DNA of 64,000 nucleotides, taken from the NCBI GenBank assembly GCA_963699755.1, contig CAVOVB010000003.1:160001-224000 (forward strand), written 5' to 3'. Positions 37,173-52,222 of the stretch are shown in pieces. The DNA is from an uncultured delta proteobacterium (lineage in GTDB: Bacteria; Myxococcota_A; Polyangia; Polyangiales; Houyiibacteriaceae). Made by a program: the position numbers and the translations under genes. Under the pieces are notes generated by a model. It ran no database searches and was not told the origin of the DNA. It saw only the letters and a program-made list of their open reading frames with translations. Numbering within the stretch: position 1 is the stretch's first letter; each line of letters opens with the position of its first letter.

Positions 37173-38194
37173 GTCGTGGCCTCCTTTCCTCGGCTGCCAT
37201 AGACCTTGGGTCGCGTCCATCGATCGAGGTGCGGAGTGACGGCGTTGCCCAAGAGGATGGCGTACATGACGCCTTCGGGCAGGCCGCCCCAGGTTCGGAT
37301 CACGATGGTGACGACACCAATGAGCGCACCGTAGAGGTAGCAGCCTGACGAGGTCATCGGTGAGCCGACCATGTCGGTGGCCATGAACATTGCGCCGAGC
37401 ATCAGCCCTCCGGACAGGAGCATGAAAAGCGGAGAGGCGTAGCGCTCGGGGTCCACGAGATGAAGGGCGCCGCTGAAGACGAATACCGCCGCGAAGATCG
37501 CCGCGGGGATGCGCCAGTTCATCATGTTCCGGCTGATGAGATAGAAGCCGCCGAGGAGGATCAGCACCGAGGAAGTCTCCCCGGCCGAGCCACTGATGAA
37601 GCCCATCGCAAGGTCCGCGGCATCGGTGGCCTCGCGGCTGAACTTCCAGAGCGCCAGCGGGGTGGCGCTGGTGAGCGCGTCGTACTCGGGCTGTGTAAAG
37701 GGCAGGGTCAACGTCGACAGAGGCAGGGAAGAGAACCGACCCGCGCCGAAGCCCGGGATCCAGCTGGTCATGGCGACGGGAAAGGCAGCCTGGAGCACGG
37801 CTCGTCCCACCAAGGCCGGATTGAAGGTGTTGTAACCGAGGCCGCCGAAGATTGCCTTGCCCATGGCGACGCAGATCACCCCGCCCACCGCCACCATCCA
37901 AAGCGGCAAGGCCGGGGGGAGGGTGAGCCCATAGAGAAGACCGGTGATCGTCACTGACCAGTCCCCAATGGTGCTCGGTTTGCCCGAGGCGCGGCAGATC
38001 AGGTGCTCGGTCAGGACGCAGGAGCCGAGCGCCACCGAGATCGTCAGCGCGCCGGCGAGGCCGAAGGCGAAGATGGCGAACCCCGTGACCGGCAGCAAGG
38101 CAAGCACCACGTTGAACATGATGGTGTCGACGCTGTAGCCGCTCAGGATGTGGGGCGATGTGCGGATCTCGAGAGTTTTCCCACGCGTCGCCAT
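37169..38194 (-). CDS. rnfD: Rnf complex subunit D
   Basis: TSPHI, FGGLGYNTFNPALVGR, DALTSATPL, GSAGETS, FMATD, PEGVMYAILLGN. Confidence 0.92.
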   Translation of the reverse strand: MATRGKTLEIRTSPHILSGYSVDTIMFNVVLALLPVTGFAIFAFGLAGALTISVALGSCVLTEHLICRASGKPSTIGDWSVTITGLLYGLTLPPALPLWMVAVGGVICVAMGKAIFGGLGYNTFNPALVGRAVLQAAFPVAMTSWIPGFGAGRFSSLPLSTLTLPFTQPEYDALTSATPLALWKFSREATDAADLAMGFISGSAGETSSVLILLGGFYLISRNMMNWRIPAAIFAAVFVFSGALHLVDPERYASPLFMLLSGGLMLGAMFMATDMVGSPMTSSGCYLYGALIGVVTIVIRTWGGLPEGVMYAILLGNAVTPHLDRWTRPKVYGSRGKEATT

Positions 38195-39537
38195 CAGGCC
38201 GCTCCCAGCTTGCGAATCTGTGCCTTGGCGGCTCGGAACCTTTGGACCAGCGGGATGTGCGAGGGACAGACGAACGAGCAGGACCCACACTCGAAGCAGT
38301 CCATGAGGTTGTGCTCCTCCGCCATGGCGGAGAACTGTTCGGTCGCCGCCAGCTTCCCGAGAAGAGCCGGGTTGAGGAAGATGGGGCAGGCGTCGACGCA
38401 GTAGCCGCATCGAATGCACGGATAGACCCGACTGTGGGTTCGTTCGGCCGCCGAGTCGGTGAAGGCGGTCACCCCAGAGGTGCCCTTGGTGATCGAAATA
38501 TCGAGGCTCGACGCCGCCGCGCCCATCATCGGCCCACCGAGAAAGACCCGATTCACGTCGTCTTCGACACCCACGCGCTCGAGGACGAAGCGGAGCGGGG
38601 TGCCGATCGGGATGCGATAGTTGCCCTTTCGCTTCACTGCCGGCCCCGTCACCGTGATGACCCGTTCGTGAATCCCCTGTCCGAGGGGAAGCAGATGACC
38701 GATTTGTGCCGCCGTCGCGACGTTGCAGCACAGGGCATGAATATCGAGCGGCAGTCCCCCGGACGGCACCTCACGTCCGAGAAGCGCCGAGAACAACATC
38801 TTCTCGGCCCCCTGGGGGTACTTCACCTGCAACACTTCCACCGAGCCGTTCAAGTCGCTTGGGAACTTGTCCCGCAAGAGCGCCGCCGCGTCCGGCTTGT
38901 TGGCCTCGATGGCGATGATGACCCTCTCCGCTCCGGTAACCTTGAGGAGGTAGCGGATGCCCACGAAGATGTCGTCGCTCTGCTCGAGCATCACTCGGTG
39001 GTCCGTGGTGAGGAACGGCTCGCACTCGACCCCGTTGATGATCAAGGTGTCGACGTACTTGCCCTCGGGAATCTTGAGCTTCACGTGGGTCGGGAACGCC
39101 GCGCCACCGAGCCCTACTACGCCAGCATCTTGGATCGCGGCGACGATCTCGTCGGGCGTTGCGCTGTCGAGCGGACAGGGAGTGCCTTCCTCCACCTCCT
39201 GGGTGGAGCCTGGAAATGGCTCCAGGTACACTGCCGGCACCATTCGGCCGCTGATGCTCGGCGCCAGGGCAATCCTACGGATCAGACCCGAGGCGGGGGC
39301 GTGCATCGAGACAGACATGAAGCCGTCGGCGCGCGCGATCCGCTGTCCTCTTTGAACTTCCTGCCCTTCCTCCACCACGGGCAGCGACGGAGCCCCCATG
39401 TGCTGGACCAGCGGAACGATGAGCAGCGGCGCGAAGGGGAACTGACGAATGGCAAGCCCACTCGTTTCGTCCTTCGACTCCGGTGGGTGAACGCCATGCC
39501 GGAATGTCCTGAGCCCCAAAAGCCTCATCGCTCTCAT
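38194..39537 (-). CDS. rnfC: Rnf complex subunit C
   Basis: GVHPP, QHMGAP, GVVGLGGAAFPTHVK, NGVECEPFLT, KYPQGAEK, CIRCGYCVDACP, CFECGSCSFVCP. Confidence 0.93.
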   Translation of the reverse strand: MRAMRLLGLRTFRHGVHPPESKDETSGLAIRQFPFAPLLIVPLVQHMGAPSLPVVEEGQEVQRGQRIARADGFMSVSMHAPASGLIRRIALAPSISGRMVPAVYLEPFPGSTQEVEEGTPCPLDSATPDEIVAAIQDAGVVGLGGAAFPTHVKLKIPEGKYVDTLIINGVECEPFLTTDHRVMLEQSDDIFVGIRYLLKVTGAERVIIAIEANKPDAAALLRDKFPSDLNGSVEVLQVKYPQGAEKMLFSALLGREVPSGGLPLDIHALCCNVATAAQIGHLLPLGQGIHERVITVTGPAVKRKGNYRIPIGTPLRFVLERVGVEDDVNRVFLGGPMMGAAASSLDISITKGTSGVTAFTDSAAERTHSRVYPCIRCGYCVDACPIFLNPALLGKLAATEQFSAMAEEHNLMDCFECGSCSFVCPSHIPLVQRFRAAKAQIRKLGAA

Positions 39538-39550
39538 CCCAAGTCGTTCA

Positions 39551-44533
<4,983 letters not shown>

Positions 44534-44565
44534 CGAAACCACCTATCAGGCTTTGGCCCTTGTCT

Positions 44566-45438
44566 TTAGGTCGGGGCGTCGCGGAGCGTGCCCTTTCGAA
44601 TGATCTTCTTGGCTGCCGGGCCCTTCACCGGCCCAGCCTTGGGATCGATCCAAACGATAGCCCCTGTGGGGCACCGTTCAATGGGAGCTTTCGTCTTATG
44701 CGGCCTACTGTAGTCGATCACCGGCAGATTCCTCTTCATGGCGATGAGACCACTTGGGGCGTCCATCTCGCAGCGACCGCAGGCGGTGCAGGCCACCTCG
44801 CAGTCCTCCAGGATCTCGTCGCCGGCCTCCTGGGAGCTGCAAGCGACCCAGAGGCGATGACTCTGCTTGTGAAGCGAGAACAGGTCTTTGGGGCAGACCT
44901 CGACGCAGTCCCCGCACGCTGTGCACAGGTCCTCGTCCACCACCGGAAGCTTGTGGACGTTCATCTGGATGGCGTCGAAGTCACAGGCCCGGTCGCAATC
45001 GCCAAGCCCTAGGCACCCCCAGAAACATCCCTTGCCGCCGCCGGCCACCTTGGCAGCGGCGCGACAGGTCTGCTCGCCGTGATACCGCGCGTGATTGCGG
45101 GCCACGTTGGTGCCGCCCGCGCAGGCGAGTCGCGCCACAATCTTCTCCTGCGCCCCGACGTCGACCCCCAGAAAGCTGGCGATGACCGCTCGTTCCTCGC
45201 CGGAGCTCACCGTGCACTTGCCCGGCAGCGCCTCGCCCTTGGTCAGCGCTTCGGCGAACGGGCGACAGCCCGGGAAGCCACAGGCCCCGCAGTTCGCGTG
45301 AGGCAGCATCTCCTCCACGATATCGATTCGCGGATCCTCGTAGACGTACAGCTTCTTGTTCGCCAGCACCAACGCGGTGGCGAGGATGAATGTAAGGCCA
45401 CTGATGGCCCCAACGGCCGTGAGAAACAGCATGGGCAT
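44566..45438 (-). CDS. rnfB: Rnf complex subunit B
   Basis: N-terminal TM helix, DPRI...LPHANCGACGFPGC, CLGLGDCDRAC, CTACGDCVEVCP, CTACGRC. Confidence 0.9.
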   Translation of the reverse strand: MPMLFLTAVGAISGLTFILATALVLANKKLYVYEDPRIDIVEEMLPHANCGACGFPGCRPFAEALTKGEALPGKCTVSSGEERAVIASFLGVDVGAQEKIVARLACAGGTNVARNHARYHGEQTCRAAAKVAGGGKGCFWGCLGLGDCDRACDFDAIQMNVHKLPVVDEDLCTACGDCVEVCPKDLFSLHKQSHRLWVACSSQEAGDEILEDCEVACTACGRCEMDAPSGLIAMKRNLPVIDYSRPHKTKAPIERCPTGAIVWIDPKAGPVKGPAAKKIIRKGTLRDAPT

Positions 45439-45527
45439 AAACAAACGGAGCTGCGGCGCAGCCGTCGACTACGTAGCGCCCCCCGGAGGAGAAGTGTAGC
45501 GCTATGTCGTCGGGGTGAAAAGAACTC

Positions 45528-46616
45528 TCAGGTGAGATTGGCCACGTCGCCGACCTTGACGACGCGAGTGAAGGGCTGGGCCGGTGTTTCCTCGGGTAGA
45601 AACCAGCGCGCCCAGAGGACGCCGCTCTTGTGACCCTGGGTGTGGATCCAATTCGGGTGGCCGGGGTCCTGCGCCGAGATCACCAGCGTCCATGACCCGT
45701 CGTCGTTATAGACGACCTGGTGCCCATTGATCGACACGCGCTCGTAGTCGTAGTTGTAAGTATGTAGGAACTCGTTCCAGATGCAGAGGTTCCAGAAGGG
45801 GCACTTGGGTGATCTCCCTTCTATGATGAGCGCCTCGTCGTCCTCCAAGGCGTAGTTGCCCATCCCATAGGAGGCATCACCAGCTCCCCAGCCGTACGTG
45901 ATGGCCCCCACCGGAAGAGGTTCTTGCATGGTGTTGGGGTCGCCGATCGGCGGCACCGGCGTAATCGCGCACTGCTCCCTCATCCAAGTCGTGGCGGCCC
46001 GGAACCGACGCGCCATGTCTTCATCGCTGACGCGGGTCGTCGAGGGCGGGTTGTCCGATTCGATCGTCCAAACGGCGCGCCTGTCCTTGGACGGGTCGGC
46101 GAGATAGTCGCGCGTGATCGCAGCGTTCGTTTTGGGCGACATGTGAATCCAGTTTCCGGGATGCTCGTCTGCGCTCAATACGATGTCGTAGCTCCCGTCG
46201 GCGTTGGCCTCCATTTCACCGATGTGGAGGCTCCCGACGATCCCCTCGGCCGCCCCGCCGTTGTCCGGCCCTTCGTAGACGCTCAGCGAAAGGTAGACGG
46301 CGTCACCTGCGTCCAGGTGGACCCGATAGGTTCGTCCCGGATCGAGCGCAGCGTATTGGTAGTATGCGTCCGCATTGTCGCCGCCCCATTTCTTGTACCG
46401 TCCGACGATCTCGACGAAGTGAGGCCGGTCCTTGTCGGCCCAGACGTAACAGTCGAAGGCCACCTGCGTGAGCGAGAAGATCCATCGGTAGCCTTCGATC
46501 ACCGAGACGTCTTGCTCGACGGCGCGGTCACCAAACAGGAACGTGTCTTCGAGCTCGCGCATGGCGTCGATCAGCTCATGGAAGGCTGCGGTCGTCGCGA
46601 AGTTTCGTTCACTCAT
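45528..46616 (-). CDS. DUF1214-domain protein
   Basis: KWGGDNADAYY, GNYALEDDEALIIEG, YNDDGSWTLVISAQDPGHPNWIHTQGH..G...ARW; start MSERNF at 46616. Confidence 0.7.
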   Translation of the reverse strand: MSERNFATTAAFHELIDAMRELEDTFLFGDRAVEQDVSVIEGYRWIFSLTQVAFDCYVWADKDRPHFVEIVGRYKKWGGDNADAYYQYAALDPGRTYRVHLDAGDAVYLSLSVYEGPDNGGAAEGIVGSLHIGEMEANADGSYDIVLSADEHPGNWIHMSPKTNAAITRDYLADPSKDRRAVWTIESDNPPSTTRVSDEDMARRFRAATTWMREQCAITPVPPIGDPNTMQEPLPVGAITYGWGAGDASYGMGNYALEDDEALIIEGRSPKCPFWNLCIWNEFLHTYNYDYERVSINGHQVVYNDDGSWTLVISAQDPGHPNWIHTQGHKSGVLWARWFLPEETPAQPFTRVVKVGDVANLT

Positions 46617-46730
46617 GGTCTCCGATGATAGGGATATCAAGCGTTGCTTGCCATCGTGAGCCGCCGATTTGTGCGCCCCAGTTCGACTGGGTAGGGTTCG
46701 TCGCTCCCGAGAGCTGGAAAGGAAATCGAC

Positions 46731-47393
46731 ATGAGATTCGTTCTTACGCTGCTGTTGGTGCTTGGCTTGGCAAGCACCGCTCTGGCGGGCCCCCAGTCGA
46801 CGATCGGCGGGGCCCGTCTGGAGAGCGACATGGCCCACAAGGTCGGAACCGGTTGGCCGAGCACCTCCTACGAGTGGTGGAACAAGGGGAAACGGAAGCT
46901 CGATTGGGCATTGGGCGGTGAGCTCGTTTACGGTCCATGGTCGGGCGCCTGGGACGATCCGCGGATCGCGTTTGCCGCCTACGCGCCTCTGCGCTTCCAT
47001 CTCTGGGAGCACAAACGACCCGCATCGAAGACTGACCTCGGGTTTCGGGTCACGCCGGGGCTCATGATGGGATCGGCCGCGTACAAGACTCCGACCGTGG
47101 TCTCACGGATCGAGCTTGCGGTGCCTGTCAGCGTGGACGTCCATCCCAAGCTGAGCGTGGTCACCGGTGGCGCAATTCCGATCGACCTCGGCTGGGTCAA
47201 AGGAACTGGCTTCGGTGGAACGATCCCTCTACTGGTCCGCTTGGGTGTGGAGGTCAAGGCCGGCAAGAAGACCGCGCCCTTCGTTTTGATGGAGGTCGGG
47301 CCGGGTATCGGTTTCGGACAGGGCCGCTCCGGCGTCGCGCTCGCCGCTCGCATTTGGGCTGGCACGACGTTCTGGTCGGTCACCGGGAAATGA
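46731..47393 (+). CDS. Secreted hypothetical protein, possibly an outer-membrane beta-barrel
   Basis: Signal peptide (…ASTALA); alternating hydrophobic strands rich in Gly and aromatic residues; AGGA SD. Confidence 0.55.
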   Translation: MRFVLTLLLVLGLASTALAGPQSTIGGARLESDMAHKVGTGWPSTSYEWWNKGKRKLDWALGGELVYGPWSGAWDDPRIAFAAYAPLRFHLWEHKRPASKTDLGFRVTPGLMMGSAAYKTPTVVSRIELAVPVSVDVHPKLSVVTGGAIPIDLGWVKGTGFGGTIPLLVRLGVEVKAGKKTAPFVLMEVGPGIGFGQGRSGVALAARIWAGTTFWSVTGK

Positions 47394-47455
47394 TCGCTCT
47401 GAGAGAGGGGTGAGAGAACCGAGCCCCCAATCCCGTGCCGCACGCTGTGCCACCT

Positions 47456-49588
47456 CTAGAGGTCGAGCGGGGCTTCGTGCCAAATCGGCGAGGTCCAAGC
47501 GCGTTCGCGGATGACGTCGAAGCGCTTGGTGCCTTCAAAGCTCCCTGGCGAGCCAGTAATGTCGCAACAACCTTCGAAGCCGGCATTGCCGGACTCTACG
47601 GAGAAGATGCCAGCGGCGGCGTCGAGGTCGGCGCACTGGACGCCCTGGCTCACGCAGCGGCGAGTGTTCCATCTACAGGTCGGCTGTTCGAGCACGCGCG
47701 CGTAGTAGTACGCCTCCTCGCTTGGATTGAACTCCGGGTCCTCCCAGACGGCGCAGAGCGTTTCCGGCCGCGCGACCGCGTTGATCGTGCAGTCGGGGTT
47801 TGGTGCGGGGCCGTTCGCCGCGCCTGCGACGGTGATCACCTTGGTCTCCACCTGACCTGACGCGCCGAGCTTGCCTTTGATGATTTGAATCCGCTCGAGC
47901 GGTGCGCTGCCTGCGGCTTGTGCCGCCCAGATTGCGAAACTGGGCGCGCCTGCGCCACCTGCTGACAAGACAGAGCCCATCATCACTGCCTCGACCTCGC
48001 CGTCTTCGACAGGTGTCGCGCCGGCGGAGAGCCTCTCGCAGAAGTCCGATGGAAACGCGCCGAAGCGACCGTAACTGCGAACCTCGATCCGGGGCCCGCT
48101 GGTCGAGTAGCTTCGTTTCGCGCGCAGCGCCTCGAAGATCGCTTCACGCGTGTTTTGCGTGGCCCAGACCGCTGCCAGCCCGCCAGGGTTGTTGGAGAAC
48201 GCGACCGTGCGCTCGAACGCCCGGCCCTCACAGCTCGGGTCGCTCGGGTCCCCGGGCTCACAGGTCCACCGGCCGAGCTGAACCTCGGGGGAATTGTCGA
48301 GCACACCGGCGGCGCCGATGTAGCCATCCTCGCCAACGTCCCCAGGGTTTGCGTTGTGCTGGTCCGTCGCCGCGATGACACCAAACTGGTACGGATTGAT
48401 GCCGACAAGGCCGCGAGCCTTGAGGCCCTCGGCGAGCGCGCCGCGCATGAAGTCGTTGGGGGCCGAGCAGGAGAAGGGGTCCGCCTCTTGCATGGGGTCG
48501 CTGGTGATGGTCTCGCAGATCGTTTCTGCGGGCGGCAGGCAGCGGGGGCTGTCCTGCGGAAGGCCGGTGCAGTACGGCTTGTTGTTCTCGAAGAAGCAGT
48601 CGAGGTCCCGTTCGTCGTTGCCCAGACCATCAAAGCCGAAGCCAGGCATGCACTCCGACTGCCCTTTCAGCTGGTGGATTTCGACGACGACGTCGTTTTT
48701 GGCTCGAAGCTCAGCATCTTCCGGCGTCAGCGGCTGATTGTTGCGCCCCGCAAAGATGCCCTCGGTGCCCACCGGTAAGAACATGCGGCCTGCTCCCAGA
48801 TTGGGGTTGTGCGGAATCGTCAGGTACTCGCAGTTTTCCGTGCTCCCGCACTGCGCTTCGAGATGGTCGAAGAGATCCCATTCGCTCTGGGTGCCGGTGT
48901 ACTGAAAGACGTCGCCCGGCAGCTCGCTGCCGAGGAACAGGACGTTTCGGTGTACGGTCGAGCCGTTGTACAGCGGGCTAAACTCATAGGCTGCGAAGCT
49001 GGTGAACTCGCAGGGCTCGTTCTCGGCCTCGGCGTCCGCGATGATCTGCTGCCAGGCGTCGGCGGTCGGGGCCAGGTTGGGGAACAAACCCAACAACAAG
49101 TCGACGATGTTCATGTTGTTGCCGTTCAGCAGGTCTTCGATGTTGGTCAGAATGAACTGCTCGACGATGCCGCAGGCAGCCTCTGGATCGTCACGACGAC
49201 ACTGCTCGTCGAACAATCCGAGGAACTCGGCGTGGTCGCTGATGGCGGCGAAATCGAGCGGCTGGTCGAGCTGGCGCGTCTCACAGGCCACGTTTCGATC
49301 CTCGCAGGCGACACCGACGGTTCCGCCCTTTGCGAACTGGTAGGCTTCCTGGGTGCCCGCAAGCGAGTTGAACCAGAACGCATCGAGCGAAAGCCGCGTG
49401 TGTACGTGTGTTTCTCCCCAGAGCAGGCGCATCCCTTGGTCGAAGTCATCGCAGATCACCGGGGGGCGGCCACCGACGCCACCCGTGCCAGCGGTGCCTC
49501 CGCCGCCATTCGACCCGCTGCTGCATCCAACCCAAAAGAGGCCAAAGGCGCAGGCGAACATCCATCGCTTTCTCGTCAGAAGATCCAT
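47456..49588 (-). CDS. DUF3604-domain lipoprotein (PHP-like metallohydrolase)
   Basis: Lipobox FWVGC followed by GGGTAGTGG linker; WGETHVHT..S.DA, LDFAAISDHAE, HRNV, IPHN.N, EIHQLKGQSE, ATDQH, GGLAAVWA, YSTSGPRI, ERAWTSPIW. Confidence 0.8.
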   Translation of the reverse strand: MDLLTRKRWMFACAFGLFWVGCSSGSNGGGGTAGTGGVGGRPPVICDDFDQGMRLLWGETHVHTRLSLDAFWFNSLAGTQEAYQFAKGGTVGVACEDRNVACETRQLDQPLDFAAISDHAEFLGLFDEQCRRDDPEAACGIVEQFILTNIEDLLNGNNMNIVDLLLGLFPNLAPTADAWQQIIADAEAENEPCEFTSFAAYEFSPLYNGSTVHRNVLFLGSELPGDVFQYTGTQSEWDLFDHLEAQCGSTENCEYLTIPHNPNLGAGRMFLPVGTEGIFAGRNNQPLTPEDAELRAKNDVVVEIHQLKGQSECMPGFGFDGLGNDERDLDCFFENNKPYCTGLPQDSPRCLPPAETICETITSDPMQEADPFSCSAPNDFMRGALAEGLKARGLVGINPYQFGVIAATDQHNANPGDVGEDGYIGAAGVLDNSPEVQLGRWTCEPGDPSDPSCEGRAFERTVAFSNNPGGLAAVWATQNTREAIFEALRAKRSYSTSGPRIEVRSYGRFGAFPSDFCERLSAGATPVEDGEVEAVMMGSVLSAGGAGAPSFAIWAAQAAGSAPLERIQIIKGKLGASGQVETKVITVAGAANGPAPNPDCTINAVARPETLCAVWEDPEFNPSEEAYYYARVLEQPTCRWNTRRCVSQGVQCADLDAAAGIFSVESGNAGFEGCCDITGSPGSFEGTKRFDVIRERAWTSPIWHEAPLDL

Positions 49589-50616
49589 CCCAGGCTCCGT
49601 TCGAAGCACCAATAAGCCGTCACCGTGCCGATACCATAGATCAGGAGCCGATTGAAAGCGGGGTGCGGCCCAGCCCCCGGCTGATGCCCTCCTACAAGCG
49701 CACCTGCGAGGAGCATCCATGCGCCGGCGGCCAGCACCACCAGCAGTTGTCCGGCTTCGACGCCGAGATTGAAGAGCAGAAGCGGCATGGCGATGCCCCC
49801 GGCCGGCAGCCCGATCTCCCGGAGCGCGCCAGCGAAGCCGAATCCGTGCAGAAGCCCGAACGCAAAGGCGATCAGCCATGGAAATCGCATCGTCAGCGTG
49901 GAGCGGTCATCGCGGGCGAGCTCCACGGCCACGAGCAAGACGCTCAGCGCAATGGCAAGCTCCGTGGGGGTCGTAGGAAGTCTCAACAGGTCGAGGGTCG
50001 CCGCCGCCAAGGTGAGACTGTGACCAATCGTGAATGCCGTGACCGTCGCCAAGAGCGTCTTGGCCAAAGCACGAGCACCCTCGGACGCGCGCGTGCGCCA
50101 GACGATGAGCAGAAGAGCGATCACGAAGAACAAATGATCGAAGCCGGAGAGGATGTGCTCGATGCCGAGTGGGAAGTAGCTCGCGTTGTTCTCGAGGCCT
50201 GCGCGTTCTCGGACTCCGAGCCTCGTCGTCGCCGTTCCTCGGCGCACAATGGTGTTCCAGTCAGGAGCGTCGGGCGACCGAAGCTCGACGAACGCCTCGC
50301 CGAGGACGGCGTCGAGGCCGAGCAACTCGATTTCCATGCCTCTGACCGGCTGCGCACAGCGAATCGCCCAACGTTCGACGAGGCCTTCGTTACGATTGAA
50401 GCTCTTCGGTGCGGAGGTCTCCTCGCATCCGTCGGCAAAGCGGACACGCAGGTCGGGGCTCTTGCCCTCCGTTCTGGGGATCTTGACCAAGACGTCTGCT
50501 TGGTAGCCGTCGCTGGTCTCCACGCTGACGAACGCTGCCGCGAGACCGTGTGCGCTCACCTCGGTGCTGGCGGTCAGGAGGAGGAGGGCGACGAGCGCGC
50601 AGCGCCTCCGCCTCAT
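49576..50616 (-). CDS. HupE/UreJ family membrane protein
   Basis: Signal …SAH; LGIEHILSGFDHLFFV, TAFTIGHSLTL, FGLLHGFGFAGAL, FNLGVEAGQ. Confidence 0.88.
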   Translation of the reverse strand: MRRRRCALVALLLLTASTEVSAHGLAAAFVSVETSDGYQADVLVKIPRTEGKSPDLRVRFADGCEETSAPKSFNRNEGLVERWAIRCAQPVRGMEIELLGLDAVLGEAFVELRSPDAPDWNTIVRRGTATTRLGVRERAGLENNASYFPLGIEHILSGFDHLFFVIALLLIVWRTRASEGARALAKTLLATVTAFTIGHSLTLAAATLDLLRLPTTPTELAIALSVLLVAVELARDDRSTLTMRFPWLIAFAFGLLHGFGFAGALREIGLPAGGIAMPLLLFNLGVEAGQLLVVLAAGAWMLLAGALVGGHQPGAGPHPAFNRLLIYGIGTVTAYWCFERSLGWIF

Positions 50617-51419
50617 CGTGAGCTCTCGCCGGAATAGCGGGCGCGTAGCTTCGCAATTGCTTCTTCGTTACGGCGGGCGCGCTCCGCATCGATCCAATCG
50701 TCCTCGACCTTCTTACGTACCTCTTCGAGCTCAGGAGCGGCCGGCGCCACTCGATCGCTGACGAACACCAGGTGAAGCCCGTAAGAGGACTGGACCGGAC
50801 CCGACCAGCGCCCGAGCGGAACCTCTTCCAGGGCTTGTGCGAACCCTGCGCCGAACGCGCGGCGTAGCTCGGCAGCGGTGGCTCCCACGAATCTACGGCC
50901 GCGGAAAAACGGGTCGCTGTCTACTATGGTGTTCGGATCGCGTTCGAGCGCGTCCAAGGCGGCCCGCGCATCGGTCGAGAGCGCCGCGCCCCGTTTGCCA
51001 CGACTAAAGAAGAGCTGCGTGAAGCTGGTCTCCGCCGGCTCTGCGAGCTCGTCTGCGTGCTGCTCAAACCATCTCTGTAGTTGAGCGTCACTTGGTGGGT
51101 CGATTCTCTCGGTGTCTTCGAGCAGGAATCGCATCCGTTGCACCAGGCGCCGACGTACGATCGTGTCGTTCTGGTCGAGCCCGAGCTCGATGGCGCGTCG
51201 ATACAAGACCTCGTCTTCGACCCAGTCCTCGGTCAGCACCGCTTCTCGCTCCTTGGAGGGCCAGGCGCCCTTGGCAGCGAACCAGTCCTCGCGCAGCTGC
51301 TCGATTGGCGCGTCTTCCGCAGAGATCACCCGCGACGGCGCCGCTCCAAACAAGAAGTGGTGAGCGAGGAACGCGAGTCCCCCCAAGACGACGAAGTGCA
51401 GAAGTGGTTCGCGCAGCAT
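50613..51419 (-). CDS. PpiC-type (parvulin-like) peptidyl-prolyl isomerase/chaperone
   Basis: MLREPLLHF, EVLYRRAIELGLDQNDTIVRRRLVQRMRFL, WSGPVQSSYGLHLV. Confidence 0.82.
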   Translation of the reverse strand: MLREPLLHFVVLGGLAFLAHHFLFGAAPSRVISAEDAPIEQLREDWFAAKGAWPSKEREAVLTEDWVEDEVLYRRAIELGLDQNDTIVRRRLVQRMRFLLEDTERIDPPSDAQLQRWFEQHADELAEPAETSFTQLFFSRGKRGAALSTDARAALDALERDPNTIVDSDPFFRGRRFVGATAAELRRAFGAGFAQALEEVPLGRWSGPVQSSYGLHLVFVSDRVAPAAPELEEVRKKVEDDWIDAERARRNEEAIAKLRARYSGESSR

Positions 51420-51429
51420 CGGAGGGCAG

Positions 51430-52131
51430 CTACTCGACGAGCTCCATGATGAGCTCGGGCGCCCCAGGCGGCCCATACGGGCCCTCGAAGCGCAGTATCC
51501 GATTGGGTGTTTCACGTTCGAACCAGAGGTGGTACTGGGGCATCAGCGGCTTGGCGAGTCGCGCGACCGTCGAGCCCACGCGAACGAAGTCGTTGAGGTC
51601 AGGGTAGAGAACTAGCTCGATCGCCTTCCTCGGGCCGCCCGGAAGGTCCAGCGTCGTGTCACCCTTGGTCTCGACGTAGACGCGCGAAACGAAGCGGTCG
51701 TTGATCCAGGAGTAGAATGCCCGCGTGCGCTGTGCGGACGGCCAGCCGAGCATCAGCGGCAGCAAGACCTCGGGGTAGGTGTTGGGTGCAACTCCGAGGT
51801 TTGCATCGAAGCTCACGTCTTCGTGCCGACCCTGCCGGCCTTCGGTGTCGTGCATCGTGCGCATGAGACGCTCGCTTTGGAGCCCCGCAGCCGTCTTCCG
51901 CAGAATGAAGCTTTCCTCGATGGTCCCCGCAGCGACTTCGTACTTGGTCGCGAGCTCGATGCGCTCGGCGCCGGCGTTGCGAAACGTCAAGCTGCCTTTC
52001 GAGCCCGGGACGAGCAGATTGTTCGCGTCGAGGATCGTGTGGAAGGCTCTCTTCGGGCGGGGCTTGAGACGATATTGGCTCGTGATGTCGAAGCCCTCGG
52101 GCGGCAGTGGGAGCAGTGCATCGAGCGTCAT
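51430..52131 (-). CDS. Hypothetical protein
   Basis: About 233-aa ORF with a GGAGGG SD and coding-like composition; ends 10 nt before the PpiC gene. Start is uncertain (52131, 52140 or 52149). Confidence 0.55.
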   Translation of the reverse strand: MTLDALLPLPPEGFDITSQYRLKPRPKRAFHTILDANNLLVPGSKGSLTFRNAGAERIELATKYEVAAGTIEESFILRKTAAGLQSERLMRTMHDTEGRQGRHEDVSFDANLGVAPNTYPEVLLPLMLGWPSAQRTRAFYSWINDRFVSRVYVETKGDTTLDLPGGPRKAIELVLYPDLNDFVRVGSTVARLAKPLMPQYHLWFERETPNRILRFEGPYGPPGAPELIMELVE

Positions 52132-52181
52132 TTGTCGCATACCCTCCAATACACCGCGGCGCGAGGCAAGGGGACGGGCGA

Positions 52182-52210
52182 TTTACATTGGAAGGGTCTT
52201 CCCTTAGGTT
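52182..52210 (+). promoter_or_regulatory. Possible sigma70 promoter TTTACA-N17-TAGGTT with internal inverted repeat AAGGG-N4-CCCTT
   Basis: Read directly upstream of the MAPEG-pepN gene run. Confidence 0.35.
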
Positions 52211-52222
52211 CGCCGGAACGTC

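Noticed and set aside
36492..38731. Apparent long or fused RnfG (598 aa) and RnfD (520 aa)
   Set aside because: The extensions are off-frame readings of the upstream rnf genes. Coupled starts at 37172 and 38194 give normal sizes.
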